From Paramecium tetraurelia (lineage: Eukaryota): 64,000 nucleotides of DNA. Made by a program: the position numbers and the translations under genes. The stretch lies in contig CT868059.1 of NCBI GenBank assembly GCA_000165425.1, forward strand, positions 124,001 through 188,000. The letters run 5' to 3'. The stretch's first letter is position 1. Each line of letters opens with the position of its first letter. Below are positions 1-15,743 of this stretch, in pieces. The notes beneath the pieces are model-generated. The model ran no database searches and was not told the origin of the DNA. It was given only the letters and a program-made list of their open reading frames with translations.

Positions 1-1244
1 TCTGCTGGGGGTGAGATGTTTTATCATCTCTAAAATTACCGTTTTACAGATGATGAAGCTCGAGCTTACATTTGCGAGGTCATTTGTGCCCTGGAGGAAC
101 TCCATTAGCATCGTGTCTTATACAGAGACCTGAAAGTAATTAGTAAATTTCAATGTCTAGCCAGAGAACATACTCATAGATCTTAGAGGTCACATCCAAC
201 TCACTGATTTTGGGTTGTCTAAATTGGATTTGAGTGAAGAACAACTAACCAACAGTTTCTGCGGGTCTCCTGAGTATATGCCTCCAGAGATAGTCAATCG
301 ATAAGGGTACTCATATCCTGCTGATTTCTACACCTTAGGATGTTTATTGTATGAGTTGTTGTTAGGCTTGCCACCTCATTATTCTCAGAACACTGAAGAA
401 ATATTCCATAAAATTTAGAATGAGGACATCTCATTCCCTGAAGATTTGAGTTCAGATGTAATGTCATTGTTGTAAAATCTTTTGAATAAGAATATTAAAG
501 AAAGAATACATGACTTTGCTACCTTGAAGAGGAATCCCTGGTTTGCTGATGTCGATTGGCAAGCTGTCAAATAGAAGAAATCTGCTTAGATGCCTATATT
601 CATTGATATCTATGAGACTCACATCCATCAGGAGTTCTTGAAGATAGATGTAAATGATCTCAATCAAAAGAATGAACATGGCGAGTTAAGTAGTTCTGAA
701 GATCTCTTTGATTTCTTCAATTATGTCAATGAGTCATACAAGGACATATTCTAGTTGAAATAGAAGATGCGAGTTCAAAGTGATCATCTCATTGATAAGA
801 AGCTGTTACAAATTAGTTAATCAAGTGCAAAAAAGAAGAATCTCTAATTAAACCTAAATGACATAGAGAAGCAATTTTCAAAAACTCAGACTCTTAAATA
901 ATCACTGACACCCTAGAGTGTGATGCCACTATCTTTGTTACGCAAATCATTTTAGTAGATGATGAAAGAGAAACCCAGAAAGAGTCAAGACAATCATCCC
1001 ACTTTAAGTACTGTGTTATCTGATAGGCCCATAATAGATCGCAATTATGTAGCCATTTCATTTTTAATAATTGTAGATTTAGAAGATGTTGCAAACTTTA
1101 ACAAGCAAGAAGAAACCACAGAGTCCTTCACATAACGGGTTGTCTTGGAGACCACCTCAAGTGAAAAGAGGGTCTAGTTCATCGACTCATTTAAAATCAT
1201 CGATTAGTCAAAGAGGATAGAGTTCAACAAGATAAATAAAATGA
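1..1244 (+). CDS. AGC-family Ser/Thr protein kinase, 5'-truncated by the window edge
   Basis: Table 6 reading GGEMFYHL...[25 protein letters not shown]...[12 protein letters not shown]...ADFYTLG...PWFADVDW. 25-nt intron at 136-160 and probable 28-nt intron at 1049-1076. TGA at 1242-1244. Confidence 0.9.
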
Positions 1245-1268
1245 TATACTACTTATTTATTAGAAATT

Positions 1269-4200
1269 TCATTCTACTCTACTTAAGTCAGCCTATGATT
1301 GATGGTCATATCCATATTGATCCACAAATACCTCAGGGTAGATCTTATTGTAGAAACGAGGGACGGACAGAATGGTTGGGTTGATGTCTGGAGATAGTGA
1401 GTCATTTTCGTCCTTTTCTCTAATGAAATATCTCTAAAATATCTTACTTATCACTCAATTCCAAAGGATTCATTTGATACAAATGGTCTCTCTTTCTGTT
1501 CTCGTTTCTTACGATGCCCATCAAATATTCTCTAATCATTCTAAATCTCTTCTTAATTCTAGCACGTTGTTCAGCTCTATTCGTGAATAGTTTCCTTGTC
1601 AACCAATTCTTGTTTGACAAATTTGGGAACTTCACATTAATCTTATTTCTTAGCTTATCCAAGGCTTCTTCTTAGCCATCCAATTAAGCCCACAAAATTT
1701 CCCATAGGATAATCGCAATGAAGACTCCATTGATGATTATCAAAAATATGTAGAAGGGCCAAATGATCTCCTGATTGGAAGTCTAGTTGGCTGAATATAG
1801 AGTCATTCCCAACACAATGGAGGTTCCACAAACTAATGTACTCATATCATCCAAATAATTTAAATAGGGTAACTTAAATGGCTTATATTTCTTAGTGAGC
1901 AGAGAATAAATGAACACAATGATGAAGATCAAGGCAGCCTTGATGATGATTAAATCTTCGTAGAATGTCAAAAACAATATGATGAAACTCTTCTAGAAAA
2001 TCTTCACTATTTCCCAAAAGTAAGCTTTGGGTTGATATTCATTGTATAGATAACCCCACTTCTTTCTATTTTCTCCGTCGTTCAAATCATTTTTAATCTT
2101 GTACATGCTCAGAAACATATAAGTGGGTATGATCAATCCAAGTGTAAATGCAGACGGAAATACAAAAGAAAGAACCCATTTCAAATGCTAGGCAGTATCG
2201 TATCTATAGGCCACATTCCCTTGAACCCAGAAGATATTCGATACTTGTCTGAATGACAGCAACGATACAAAGCCTCCTAGAAGAGTAGGTTGCAAATAAG
2301 TGAACAAGTATATGAAAGTAGTGGTGATGGCACTCTTACTGGCATCTGCTTGACGCAACAGGATAGCAATTCCATACAGAATAAAAAAGGTTAAAATGTA
2401 GATGATTGGCATGATCAAAGCCCATATCATTCTAAAGTACATGACATTGATATCTGAGATCTTGATCAAGAAACAATCCAAGGAGTAACTCATGGACTCT
2501 ACAGGTGATCCGACAGTCTTGAATGCACTTGTGAGAGCACTTGGTAAAGAAAGTTAGAATGTTTATACAGCTCCTATAATTTGGAGATAATTGGTGAGCA
2601 CTTTAATTAAGATACCTCCTTAACCAGCTTTAGTTTATTCAACAAAGTATTTCGAAAACTTATGACTGATGATCATGTTATTCACAGCCTCCATTGTACT
2701 CTTCACTGAAAGCATAATGGAAATCAAGGTCCTAAAATAGATAAGATATTATGTTACCAAGTACTAATAAGAGCCACCTTGATTGAATTGTCTCCCACAT
2801 CATTACAACTACCACATTTATACTATGCACTCACTGACCATTGTCCATTCCCCATAATATTGTAGATATCACATTATTCGCATAATGCCCCAATATGTCC
2901 TGAAAAACAGGAGGAGTCTCCTGGAGTCCAGCCTCCCTCACAATTGATCTGCATATTCAAACAATACTCAATCCTAGTACTATATGAGTACGGTCTCCAA
3001 TATCCAGGTCTGAGTTTGACACTGGCTGAAGTGACTGCCTCTGTTGAGATGGTATCTTTGACTTAGCAAGTCTCTCCTGCAATGACCGAATATTAATCTT
3101 GTTGTGAATCACAGACAAGACAAGTACCATCTTCATCTCTCTTCTGCTCTCCCACTTAGCAGTCGAATGATTGCACATTCACTCTCAATCTGTAATTTTC
3201 GATTTGATATTTCAATAAATATGGAGGTTCTGGATTGAACATGGGTATTCTAATCGAACTACACAAGAACTCAATTTACAACACAGCCTAGGAATTGGAT
3301 TTAGGATCAAAATAAACAATCATTTCATCCAAATTGTAATCTTGAGAGGTGGTGTTGAAGTTGACTTCTTGCATACTGGTGTATGGAGAGGTTTGGTTGC
3401 TGGTGACGTTTTCTATGTTTTGTGGATCTATATCAGTGATGTTTTTGAGGTTTATCTTCCTTGAAAAGATTGTACACTTGCTGCCATCCAGATTCTGTAT
3501 TTTATTGTCTTACTTATTGAGTGCTATGATTCTGAAGGTCAAATTGTACGATAAGTATTGTTGTGTTTCTTCGTCGAAGTATTTATAAGTATTGATGGCT
3601 TGTCCACTGGGAAGAGTGATGTAATCCTTCTATGTGTTGGAAACATTGTAAGGTTGAATGGTTATGACATCGATGATGGTTGTTAGGTTTGCAAAGAGTC
3701 TCTCCTTTTCTAGGTAATCGACTCCGCCATTCAATGACAGAGTCAACTAATTGGGATATTCTGCATAATTTTATCCAAACAACTGGGCTTTATTATTTCT
3801 CAATTACAGATTCAATATGCTTGGTGAATTTAGAGTGTAATTTTATAAAAAGAAGGCTCCTCCGACAGCAGCCTAATTTCCATTGATTTCTGAATCATAG
3901 ATATTCAAAGTGGCTTGTTTGGAAATGAAATAGATGGCTCCTCCTGATTCAGAGGCTATGTTGGATTGGAATTTGCAATCATCGAATAGGATGTTAATGT
4001 CATTGACATGAAAGACTCCTCCGTTGGTACCAAAGTTATTGCTAAAGATGCTTTAACGCACAGTGACAGTATAGATGAGGGAGTTTTTGGCAGAATCATC
4101 AACTAACAATCTCAATCGATTTTGGTTGAATTATTGTTGAAGAACAATACAGCTCAATTGTCCACATTGAGACGATTACAATTGAAATTTCTCAAAGGAG

Positions 4201-7200
4201 ATTATGTTATTGCCTAGTTTGAAGTAGTTCAAAAATTGGAATTAGATTAATCCTTCAGAGCATTTCTGACAAATGATTTCCTAGAACTTTGTGTCTTGAA
4301 TCACGATTGAATGATCTGCATCGATATTCATTACAGATATCAAGGATGTCGGATAGTTTTGAGCCAATTGGACATTTTTGAGATTCAAAATAGAATAGTA
4401 ATCTATTATGGTTTGATTCATGTCAATTTCTATAAATGTAGGTGCTATTTGAGAGTAATCACAAGTTAAGGCTAGAGCAGTGTAGGACACTTCACATTCA
4501 GGTACGATATTATCATTTAGACTGTAAACTGAGATGTTTAGGAATTACACATTCTGCATAATGATCACAGAAATACTTGACAATGAAATGAGTGGTTAAC
4601 TGCCTGTAATATAATTACTTACTATAACATTCTTCATGATTAGTTCTCCATTGGATATTTCAATTAACCCATTCATGTAATCAGTGAAGCTGGAATTCTA
4701 CAGAGTTATTTTGCCTTTGATTGAAAAGATATAATTCAAGTGGTAATCACTTATTTCTGATTAAGATAGTTGATAGAGTTATCCCAAATATTACTTGAAT
4801 CCTTAATAGGAATTCTGGAGAGTCAGATTTTGAGCATCTAAATTCAAAAGATTTGATCCAAAGGTCTTAATGAAAGAGTAGTAGATGGAATAAGAATCCT
4901 GAATTAATACGTCTTCTAGGTACATGTTGTTCTCACTGCTTGATGGAATCACGTAGATGACTCCTCCTTCTCTTCTGCTATAACTATTCAAGAATGTGCA
5001 ATTCGAAATGGTCATCTAGATTTGAGAAGAGGATGCATCAATAAAGATTGTACCTCCTTGAGCATTAGAAACTTGTTCCAAAGATGCTCTGCATTCCTGG
5101 AATAAAATGTCTTAAAATTTCACAACGCCATCAGATTGTGGTTATAGATAGATAGCTCCTCCAAGCAATGAAATCGAACCAATTATATTGACATCTTTGA
5201 TTGTCGTGGTGTTTGCAGATAAATAAGCACTTCCACCGAAAGTCTTGATTGGAAACGCTTAGTAGAATTCTTCTTGTTTCGGAATGGTAAAGCTTTCCAG
5301 ACCCCAAACGATGTTCTCGTGTATCACGTTGAAATACAATTGATTAGAATAGAGGAAACTACAAGTCGTTATTGTGATGCTGTTGCACTTCAATACTAAG
5401 TTTGAATTCTATCCATTTGTAGCTATATTCTTTTCAAAGTTGTTTCTGTTCAGTATGACACTTGAATTTGGACTGGAAAACAACAATGTTGAAGAGGATA
5501 CAAATGATAAATCTGATATGTAACTATGTTGGAAATTATACAAAAATTTTGAGTCCTCTACAAGAAAATCCTGATTCTACTCGGATATGATTGATATAAT
5601 TGCTTACAACTCACTGATCTTACTCAGAATTAGGAGATTCTCACTGAAGATACTATTCCTTATTCTGATGGACTCCTTTTATCTAATTTTCAATCTATCT
5701 GATGATTTAATGGAAATTAAAGGTTGATTGATACTTTTGATTTTATAGAGAGTGATGTGATTCATGTCGATCTCCTTAATGTTATATAAGTACAAAATAG
5801 TTGTATAAATTTGAGGTATTGCATTGGCTGAAACACAAGATAATCTATTGTTAAGCAATTTTAAGATATCAGAGTTTCTGGTGACATCCATGTTGTCTAT
5901 TTACACTTTATTACTATTTAAAATGGCCATTTCTGGAAATGTTTTACCTCTCACAATTTTGGTATTGGTTAGAGTCAACTCATAACTATCAAAATATAAA
6001 GTTGAATTTTCTGATGCTATGTATTTTTGTTACAATTTGGTTAGTGTGTATAATTCATTCTAATCAATAAGCAAGTCATCAATTGTGATTTTCAATCCAA
6101 CAAATGTTGTTTAATAGATTTCCATGAATGCCTTATTACCCAAGTATTTGTTTAACTCAAATTTTATTGTTTGCATATCTATAGTATTTCCATCATTGGC
6201 ATCAGAATATTGCACTGATGCTTTATTGGATATCAATATTACATCGTCTGTACTCAAGATGTTGTTCTTTACTTGCAGATCAGTCATTGAGAATAATGGT
6301 AGAATCAGCCATCTACTTTTTGCACTCAATTTGGACTATTACAGCGCAATCTAATTGATATTCACTCTTTTCACTCCTTCAAAACTAGCAAATGTAGATT
6401 CAATTAATTCATCCGATGTCTAAGTAAACTAGGTGATATCGACTACGGCCATTCTTACGTTAAGAGGGAAGTCTGTTCTAAAAGCTTAGGATCCTAATCT
6501 GAATACATTGGATGTAAAGACTGCAGATTAGATTGATATTTTGAGATTGTTGTAGTTTTCAGATAATTTGAACAAAAAGATCTTTGAATTAGTGAATTAA
6601 CTATTTTTTATATCGATGTTCGTTAATTACAGGGTCACATCATCTTTCTTTAGACTTCCAAAACATTGTACGATACCAATTGAATTGATTATTCTACTAT
6701 CTTGAATAGCAAATTGATCAATAGTAATGGAGGTGGCATTCTCAACAACGATAGAAAAGGAAATATCGACAACTTTCAAGGTGATGCTATTTAAGATCAA
6801 CTCGAATTGGAATTGATCATAGATGTATAGAGTTTGATTTTTCGATGTACTTGCCAAAGTGAAATCTTTCAACAATACTTAGTTGAATCCAGTAATGATG
6901 AAGTTTTCATTGAAAATCACATTTGTTGTACCATAGAACTCAAGATTAATAGTTTTCAAAGTAAATACATTCTTCCTTAAATCCGAAATGATTTGGAAAT
7001 TGTCAGGCAATTTGCATGATAAAGTACTATCATCATTAATTAATCGCATCTTAATAGTTATCTCTTTAAGAACTTTCTGATTGAACACAATGGTATGACT
7101 ATCGGATTCGTATTTAGGTGAAGTGAATTCAGTCAAATCTTAATCATATCCATTCAAGACAGTTAAAGACTTCTTGTTGCAATAAAGTTTCAAGTCTATC

Positions 7201-10200
7201 AATGCCTTCTACTTGCATGTGGATGCACTTGAACATTCAACGAAATTTTCCAAATCAAAATCATAATTCAGATTCACAGTTGGGATGGTAAAACTTTTGA
7301 GGCAGATGTAGCTGAATTTGATGAAATCTGCCTTTGTTGGATCAAAATATGGATTGACTGTTGAAAGAGACTTCGCATCCCTTTATTAACATAATGCACA
7401 ATTGTATGGACATTCAATACATTCTCCATTACTCAAAGTCAACCTTTGGCCATTCCAGTTTTCTGTACATTATATACATATAGCTTGCTCATTAATAATC
7501 TGACACACCTTGCAATTGGAATCACAAGATTTAATGCATTTCCCATTTAAGTAATCATAACCCTTCAAACAAGTAACGCATTTGATATCCCCATCATTAG
7601 TCTTTAGTACTAAATCAAGAAAGTCTTAGCCATAATTAGTATTATAGAATGATGTGATATCAATTTTCCAAGAATCCTAATAGAACCTATCTTCCAACAC
7701 ACAACTCTTGCAATTGCGATCACTATCACACATTGAAGTAGTGTTTGTTTAATTGGTTAATTAATACGATCCTTAAGGGAGGTTGGTTGCACTTAATTGA
7801 ACATTTTAACCATTCTGTTCTAGATATCTTGATGATACAGGTAAATTAAAATCAATCACACAAGAAGTCAATTTGTTGATACTTTGTGTAACGCATAAAG
7901 CACACTTAACAACTACATCATCTTTCCTTTACACAATAGGATAGTCTTTGAGCAAAGAGATGGCTGAAGAGTTGCTCACACTTTCTTCATAAGCAATCAA
8001 GCAATTAGTGATTTTGTTCTCATAGCAATTTTAGCCGTCTAATGAGATATAATACTAACTATAATTCACACACTTGAAGCATCTTTATGCATCGCATATT
8101 AAGCAATTCCAACCACATTGGGTGCATTTACCTCCTGACAAATAGAATCCAATAGGACAACTTGTGCATTAAGGCATATCTCCAATAAAAGTGCATTCAG
8201 TACAACTATCTGGACATTACCTGCAGAACTAGTTACTAACCAATTTAAATCCATTTTAGCAACTCTAACACACGTAATGCGAATCACATTAATCGCAATT
8301 TTCATTTTAATCAACACATTAGTTATTTACTGATTTGCTACAACTCTTACATAGAATAGTTGATCTAACTCCTAGATGATATTGGGTTATTAATTTATTA
8401 GAATCCAATTGCGAGGTGTCTGTCACTATTTTCAAACACTAAGGACATAATTCAAGATTCAAATCGCCCGATATTGTAAATAATTAATATGCACTTTCCA
8501 TTCTTTCTATAAATTTGAAGGCATTATTTGGATTGGAATTGAATGCCTAATAATCAAATGTGCAAATCGGGTTTAAATACCACTCTTAACTATTTATGTA
8601 ACAGTCTCCACATTGTATTGAGATGTCACTCATTTGAGTTGGACAACTTAGACATTATTAAGTGTTCCCATTCTTAATTAGAAATTACCCCTATTAACAT
8701 GTGTTGACTTGACTGGCCTCTTAAAAGATATTGGAGCCAACTCTGTCAGTAAAACCTAATAAATGTAGAGGGATCAATACTTTGGCATACGACTAAGGTT
8801 TTATCGGTATTTTCAACGTAGTTCCTTTTACACAGACATTAATTGTCTGTTAATACTCTGAATTGAGAGGCTTGACAAGATGTACATTGATTCACTTCAG
8901 GACCTACGCATTCTTTACAAAGAACATTGCAATCTAGAGATTATAATTAATGTCATACCTTTCACCATCGTAAAGGTATTGCCGAAACAATATTCTAGTT
9001 TCAGAAATGCCATTTATCCTTTCATTAAGGACTCGGCATATTTATCTCTACCTGCTATCAGTACTAATTGCTGAGTGGAGAAATGGTTCTTCTTCTCCAC
9101 GTAATAATCTGTGATCTCAAAATCCTTGAATTGGAAATAGATCTTTGTGTTGCCGTATCCAGTTTCAGCTTCCACAAAAGACCCATGTTAAAATGAAAAG
9201 TAATGCCATTGAGTGACCTGATCCTCATATTTAAGACCTTGGATACTCCATTTGTCATCTTCCTTTGTTTGATAGAAGGTCAATTGAGCAAAAATAAATG
9301 AGAAAGTATGCACTGATATTTTTGTATTTTCAGGGAACTCGTAATCCTATTAGTAATTCAACCATAATTGTCTGTCTCCTTACAAATAATCGTCTGCATA
9401 AAAATCAAATATTGCCAATCGTAAGGCTGTATATGAGGATTTATTTTGATCCAAATTCAACTAATCCAGTTTAATCCAGGCAGAAATAACGTAGTTCCCT
9501 TCTGCATAGAATAAGTCATCCATCTTGGCCCCCAATTAACCGAAATTATAGATATTGTTAAACATATATGTTACCTACTTACCTATGGAACACACATCTG
9601 GAAAACTGCAAGCCACACTCAACGCTGTGTTGAAATCAGTGATGGTGTCGTAGAATTCGTCCTTAAACAGTATTTCACTCTTTTGACCAAAATACAAATA
9701 TCCTGGTGTTTCTTCTGGGATTATAGTTATATACCCGGCAGAAAACCCAGATTTTCTTCTGTTGATCCTGTCGTTCTCAATCCCAGAGATGACGTATGTC
9801 TGATCGTAATTACTATCGATCAACAATTTATAATAAAATCTAAAATCCCCTGCAGCTATGTTTTAACAATAATAAAGATAAGCCCATCTCCCTTCAATCA
9901 TAATATTATCCAAAGCGATTTGGTTTTTGAGAGTGTAACTTCCAAATTACTCTAGAACGATGTAAAATGATTGCGTGTCAAGTGCATTAATCATATAAAT
10001 CTTGGAGTACATGGCTGTTTTCAAAGTATCAAATTCATAAATCAATTATAAATAAGGAAGAGTGGTTTTTTTAAGTTCTGTCGTATTCTACATGGGTATC
10101 CATCTATGCCACATTCCATACCCTATGATATTCTTGCTTGTGTAATCCCTCTCTATCACGTCGTTTAAGACTGGTTTAACTGAGGTTGACATCTTATCGA

Positions 10201-10286
10201 AATTAAAACACGGAGCTGCTTAAATGCAAAATCTAAATAGCTTATAAGCCTTACCCAAAGAAAGCGCTAATCAGAAAACCTATCAT
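1269..10286 (-). CDS. Giant (~2960 aa) cell-surface protein: signal peptide, LamG/ConA-like region, furin-like Cys repeats, pectin-lyase/PMP-like beta-helix with GGxI motifs, C-terminal multi-TM domain
   Basis: Starts MIGFLISAFFG. Five GT..AG introns (22, 25, 25, 26, 28 nt) reconcile the frames of the in-frame minus-strand ORF-track fragments. Motifs CNVLCKECVGPEVNQCTSC, LLGGAIY, REGGVIY, ESGGAIY, GYWRPYSY, and TM segments with WGYLYNEYQPKAYFWEIVK. TGA at 1269-1271. Confidence 0.85.
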
Positions 10287-10711
10287 TTGATTAGAGAGTT
10301 AATATTAATAATAATTTCATATAGTCAACTTCCTTAAATTCGACCAAAATATTAATACAAATCAAAAAACCAATCAGAAATCCAGTTTCAGACAACGTTA
10401 TTCATCTGTCTCTCGCTAAGCAAAAAGGAAAAGCATATTTAAAATATAATCCTTTAAAATTTCATATAACTCATTAATTTTATAAAACCAATACAATAGG
10501 GTTTTTAATTAATATGTACTTTATTGTTCGAAGTTGTTTTTTCAATATTATATCTAAATCTCCATATATATTTCTGTTTTTGATTCCAAAAGTATAACTT
10601 TTATTTAAATACTTATCTCATTTTCTTGGTTAGGTAATCATTAGAAAATTAGTGTAATAAAAGATGTTCCTATTATTAATCAATTTTATAATTATACATA
10701 ATATAAGACAT

Positions 10712-12271
<1,560 letters not shown>

Positions 12272-13195
12272 AATATTTAGACTAATTTCATCTTTATAAT
12301 AAATGTTCTAACATTGTCTTATCTTACATGATATTCCTTACTACCAATATGTATTAAAATATTGTTTATTAACCTATTTCATATTAACTGCTGTCAAAGT
12401 GCAAACATACTGCATCCTTCGTTTTAATATTATGATTGTTCTTTACCTTAATTTCAGTATTTGCAGAAATTTAAATGTTGTTTCATAAGAATTGATGTGA
12501 ATGTGTAGAAGAAAAGCATTTTTCAAATAAATTAAAGATCTATTCAAATTAATCGCACTTAGATATTATTAGAAATTCTGATTAACAATCATTTTTAAAA
12601 TTAATGTTTAGCTTGGTTCTATTTTTATACTTGATTGTTGTTTTTCTAAAATAACTTATCATTAATCCTATAAATTTAATTTCTCATTATTCACATCCAT
12701 TCAAGGAACTACGCATTAAATTTAAACTAATATTTCAAAGGCTTTTATAGATGGTTTATTACTCATTAGTTACTAATACTACGTATCTCAAATTTTATCA
12801 ATTTTTATTAAAATAGATAAATACTTAAATTATAATAACCCATTCAGTTTGATCTTGGCTTATCTCTATTAGACCATACAATGAGTTTCCTATTCTTATA
12901 AATGCTAAAATATATTAATAACTAGCTTCTTCAAAATTTGATTTTTATAATGAGATTATTCATAACTATATTATATTTAAACCAATAATAAAAGATACTC
13001 TATCGAATTCATAATGTTCCATCAAATAACAATTTTCCATTTATTTTTGTGCCTCGTACCTTATTAAATTACATTAATATATTGATATTTAATTAAATAA
13101 TGAAACTATATAGATATTTAACTATATCCAAGAAAATAGTTTACAAATATTAAAATTTGCCAAAATATGAAAAAATCTTATACAAATTATTTGAT

Positions 13196-14378
13196 TCATT
13201 GTTAATGCATCTCTTTCCAAAACTACATTACTTTCCCTGACATAATTTAATCCACCAAATTTATGAACTCTTATTCAGGACTATTGGCTGGGAATTTATA
13301 ATTCTCAACTCCTTAAAATAAATTTTATTTATTTGGAGCATATAATTAAGTAGAAAAGTCTGGTAATAATAAATTCAGATGTTTGCAATCATCTGAAGTA
13401 AATTTTGGAATTGCAGGGGGGAATACCTATATATTACATATTTTAGCTTACTTTTAATTTGTCTAAGTTTTCTTTTTATTTCTTATGATAATTTTTGAGG
13501 AAAATAGCTGCCATCTTCTTAAAGCTTTCCTTGTCTCCTCCAGTTTAGAGATATGTCTGATAAAGCATTTAACCCACATGAGTTTAAAATTCCATTTTAG
13601 ATCCGACTAGAGTGTTCTATGTCTGTTGGTTGGGAGTATCATTTGCAAGTTAATCGGCTTCATTTACCTTCTTTTATTTCTCTTTTTATTATTTCAATTT
13701 CCTTTCTTCTTCCTCTCTTTAGAGTTGTTGCCTTTTGTGTAAAGCCAATTGCATTTTTTTCTTAAAACTGAAATAAGTTATATCTTATTCTTCTTCTAAT
13801 TTCTACTCCTCATTCTCATTTCTATTTGGGTTCTCTGATTGTGATCTTGGTGGTTATTTAGTGTCCTATTTAACTTAAACTTGTTCTTCTTATTTCTATT
13901 ATTGCTATTAAGTTTCTCTTTACAAAATTTCCAAATAATCTACCTTGTCAACCTTTTATTTGAAGATGTTAAGCCTATGATTAATGGTTTCCAATGTAGG
14001 CAGAGTTTGACCCCCTTAACTATTTCTTATAACATCTTTGCCTAGCAATTTCCAACCATGTACAAATTGTTGTTACTCTGATTTAGAAATTAAAGTTTGC
14101 CTATAAATAGATTAATTGTGTTACTTATGTTTGTTTTATTCAGTCTTTTCAGTATTTTCTTCTTTTTCTTCCTATTCGAATTTGATGGCTTCTTGTAATC
14201 CTGGGTTTTCGGTGAAAAATTGTGCCATTTGTTCTTTAAGATGGAAAATAGTATTTGTGTCTGCCTCTGCTTCTTCCTCTTCGATGCTGGAATTGAATGA
14301 ATTGTCACTGTTCATTGAATCATCAGAGGAAAAAACAATGGCTTCCTTTTATATTTGGATTTATGATGCTCTTTTCAT
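13196..14378 (-). CDS. Hypothetical Q/E-rich coiled-coil protein
   Basis: Open in table 6 from MKRASQIQIQ to FWKEMHQQ-TGA, with two putative 24-nt introns. Confidence 0.7.
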
Positions 14379-14435
14379 AAATATTATGCAAATTATATTA
14401 TATAATATTAGAATCAAAATAAAAATGATTTACGT

Positions 14436-15689
14436 TCAGAAGAAAGTTTTATTTGATTCATCTTTAGAATTTCTTAATTAAGTTATTGTACTTTCTATAA
14501 TTACTTGATTCTTTTTACAAATTTTTTCTTAATCGTTTGATAGAATCTAAGATTATATTTGATCACTTGCTTTATACAAATTATCAATATTTATTTCCAG
14601 AATTGAATTTAGGGAAGAATCATTTGTCATACTTGCTGAACGAGAGGTTAATTACTTTTTAAAGTTTTTGAAATAATGTTTGGATTCTTTGACTCTTTTA
14701 GTGAGAGGCAATGTTTTTTAATTGATTTCATTAAATTACATTTTTTCTTTTGGTTTAACAAATAAATACGCATAAAGCTTGACATCTTTGTTTAATGGAT
14801 CATTCAAAACATATTTCTCTTGTTCGTATTCTTTGAATTATGTATTTTTCATTAGCATTCTCCTCTTAGCCTTACTCAATAGCTTTTATTCCTATTATTC
14901 CCTTTCGTCTATAAATCCCCTTAATTTTTGATCTATTATATCCCTGACTTTTTATTTATTAAAAAAATCTTAATCATTTTTGGATTCTTTATTTTTTTTT
15001 AATTACTCATCATCCCGCTTAACTCTGAGATACCTATGAGTGAAATAATTAACATTTTCGTATTCTCGTTGTCCATCTGTCCTCTCTGTTATCAGATCCT
15101 TTTACTTAAACTTAGATTTATTGTTTTCACTAACCTCATAGAGTTGTCTAAAAAGTTACACATCTTTGAGATTAGTATCTTCAATGAGTTTAGTTTCTTG
15201 ATTTTTTTGAATTAATTTCTTTATTTTTTCGAATCTTTATAAAACTTTGACTTTCTTTTCGATCTCTTAATCAGTCAACCCTTATTGATGTAGAGATCTG
15301 TATTTGTTTGTTACTTGTAATTGATTGGCAAACATGTTAGCTCGTTTTACAAGTTTAAATCTATTTTTGAGTTTGGTTTCCTTCCTGTTCAAATGATTGC
15401 ATTCATTCACTAAATTCAAAGCAGAAAGCTCTCCATTCAAATATTAACGAAACCCTTATCTAAGTTTCTCATTGAATTAAATGGGATTTGGTTAGTTCAA
15501 TGGGGATGAATAGAAGATGGGATCATTCCCATTTTTTTGAGATTTATTTATCTGATTTTTCTATTTTAAGGTGCTTTAGAAATTTCCAAACATTTGATCC
15601 CAGAGCAACACATTTTATCCAGTACCATGTACAATTGATTATCTACTACTGAACAATGTCATGCGTCTTTTTGAGTTCACATTCAGCAT
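14436..15689 (-). CDS. Hypothetical K/Q-rich protein (~417 aa)
   Basis: ATG at 15689 (MLNVNSKRRMTLFSS). Ends ESNKTFF-TGA. Both ends read open in table 6. Confidence 0.7.
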
Positions 15690-15743
15690 TTTTGATATAA
15701 ACTGTGGAAATTAATTTGCCAAATATAATTAAATACATATATA

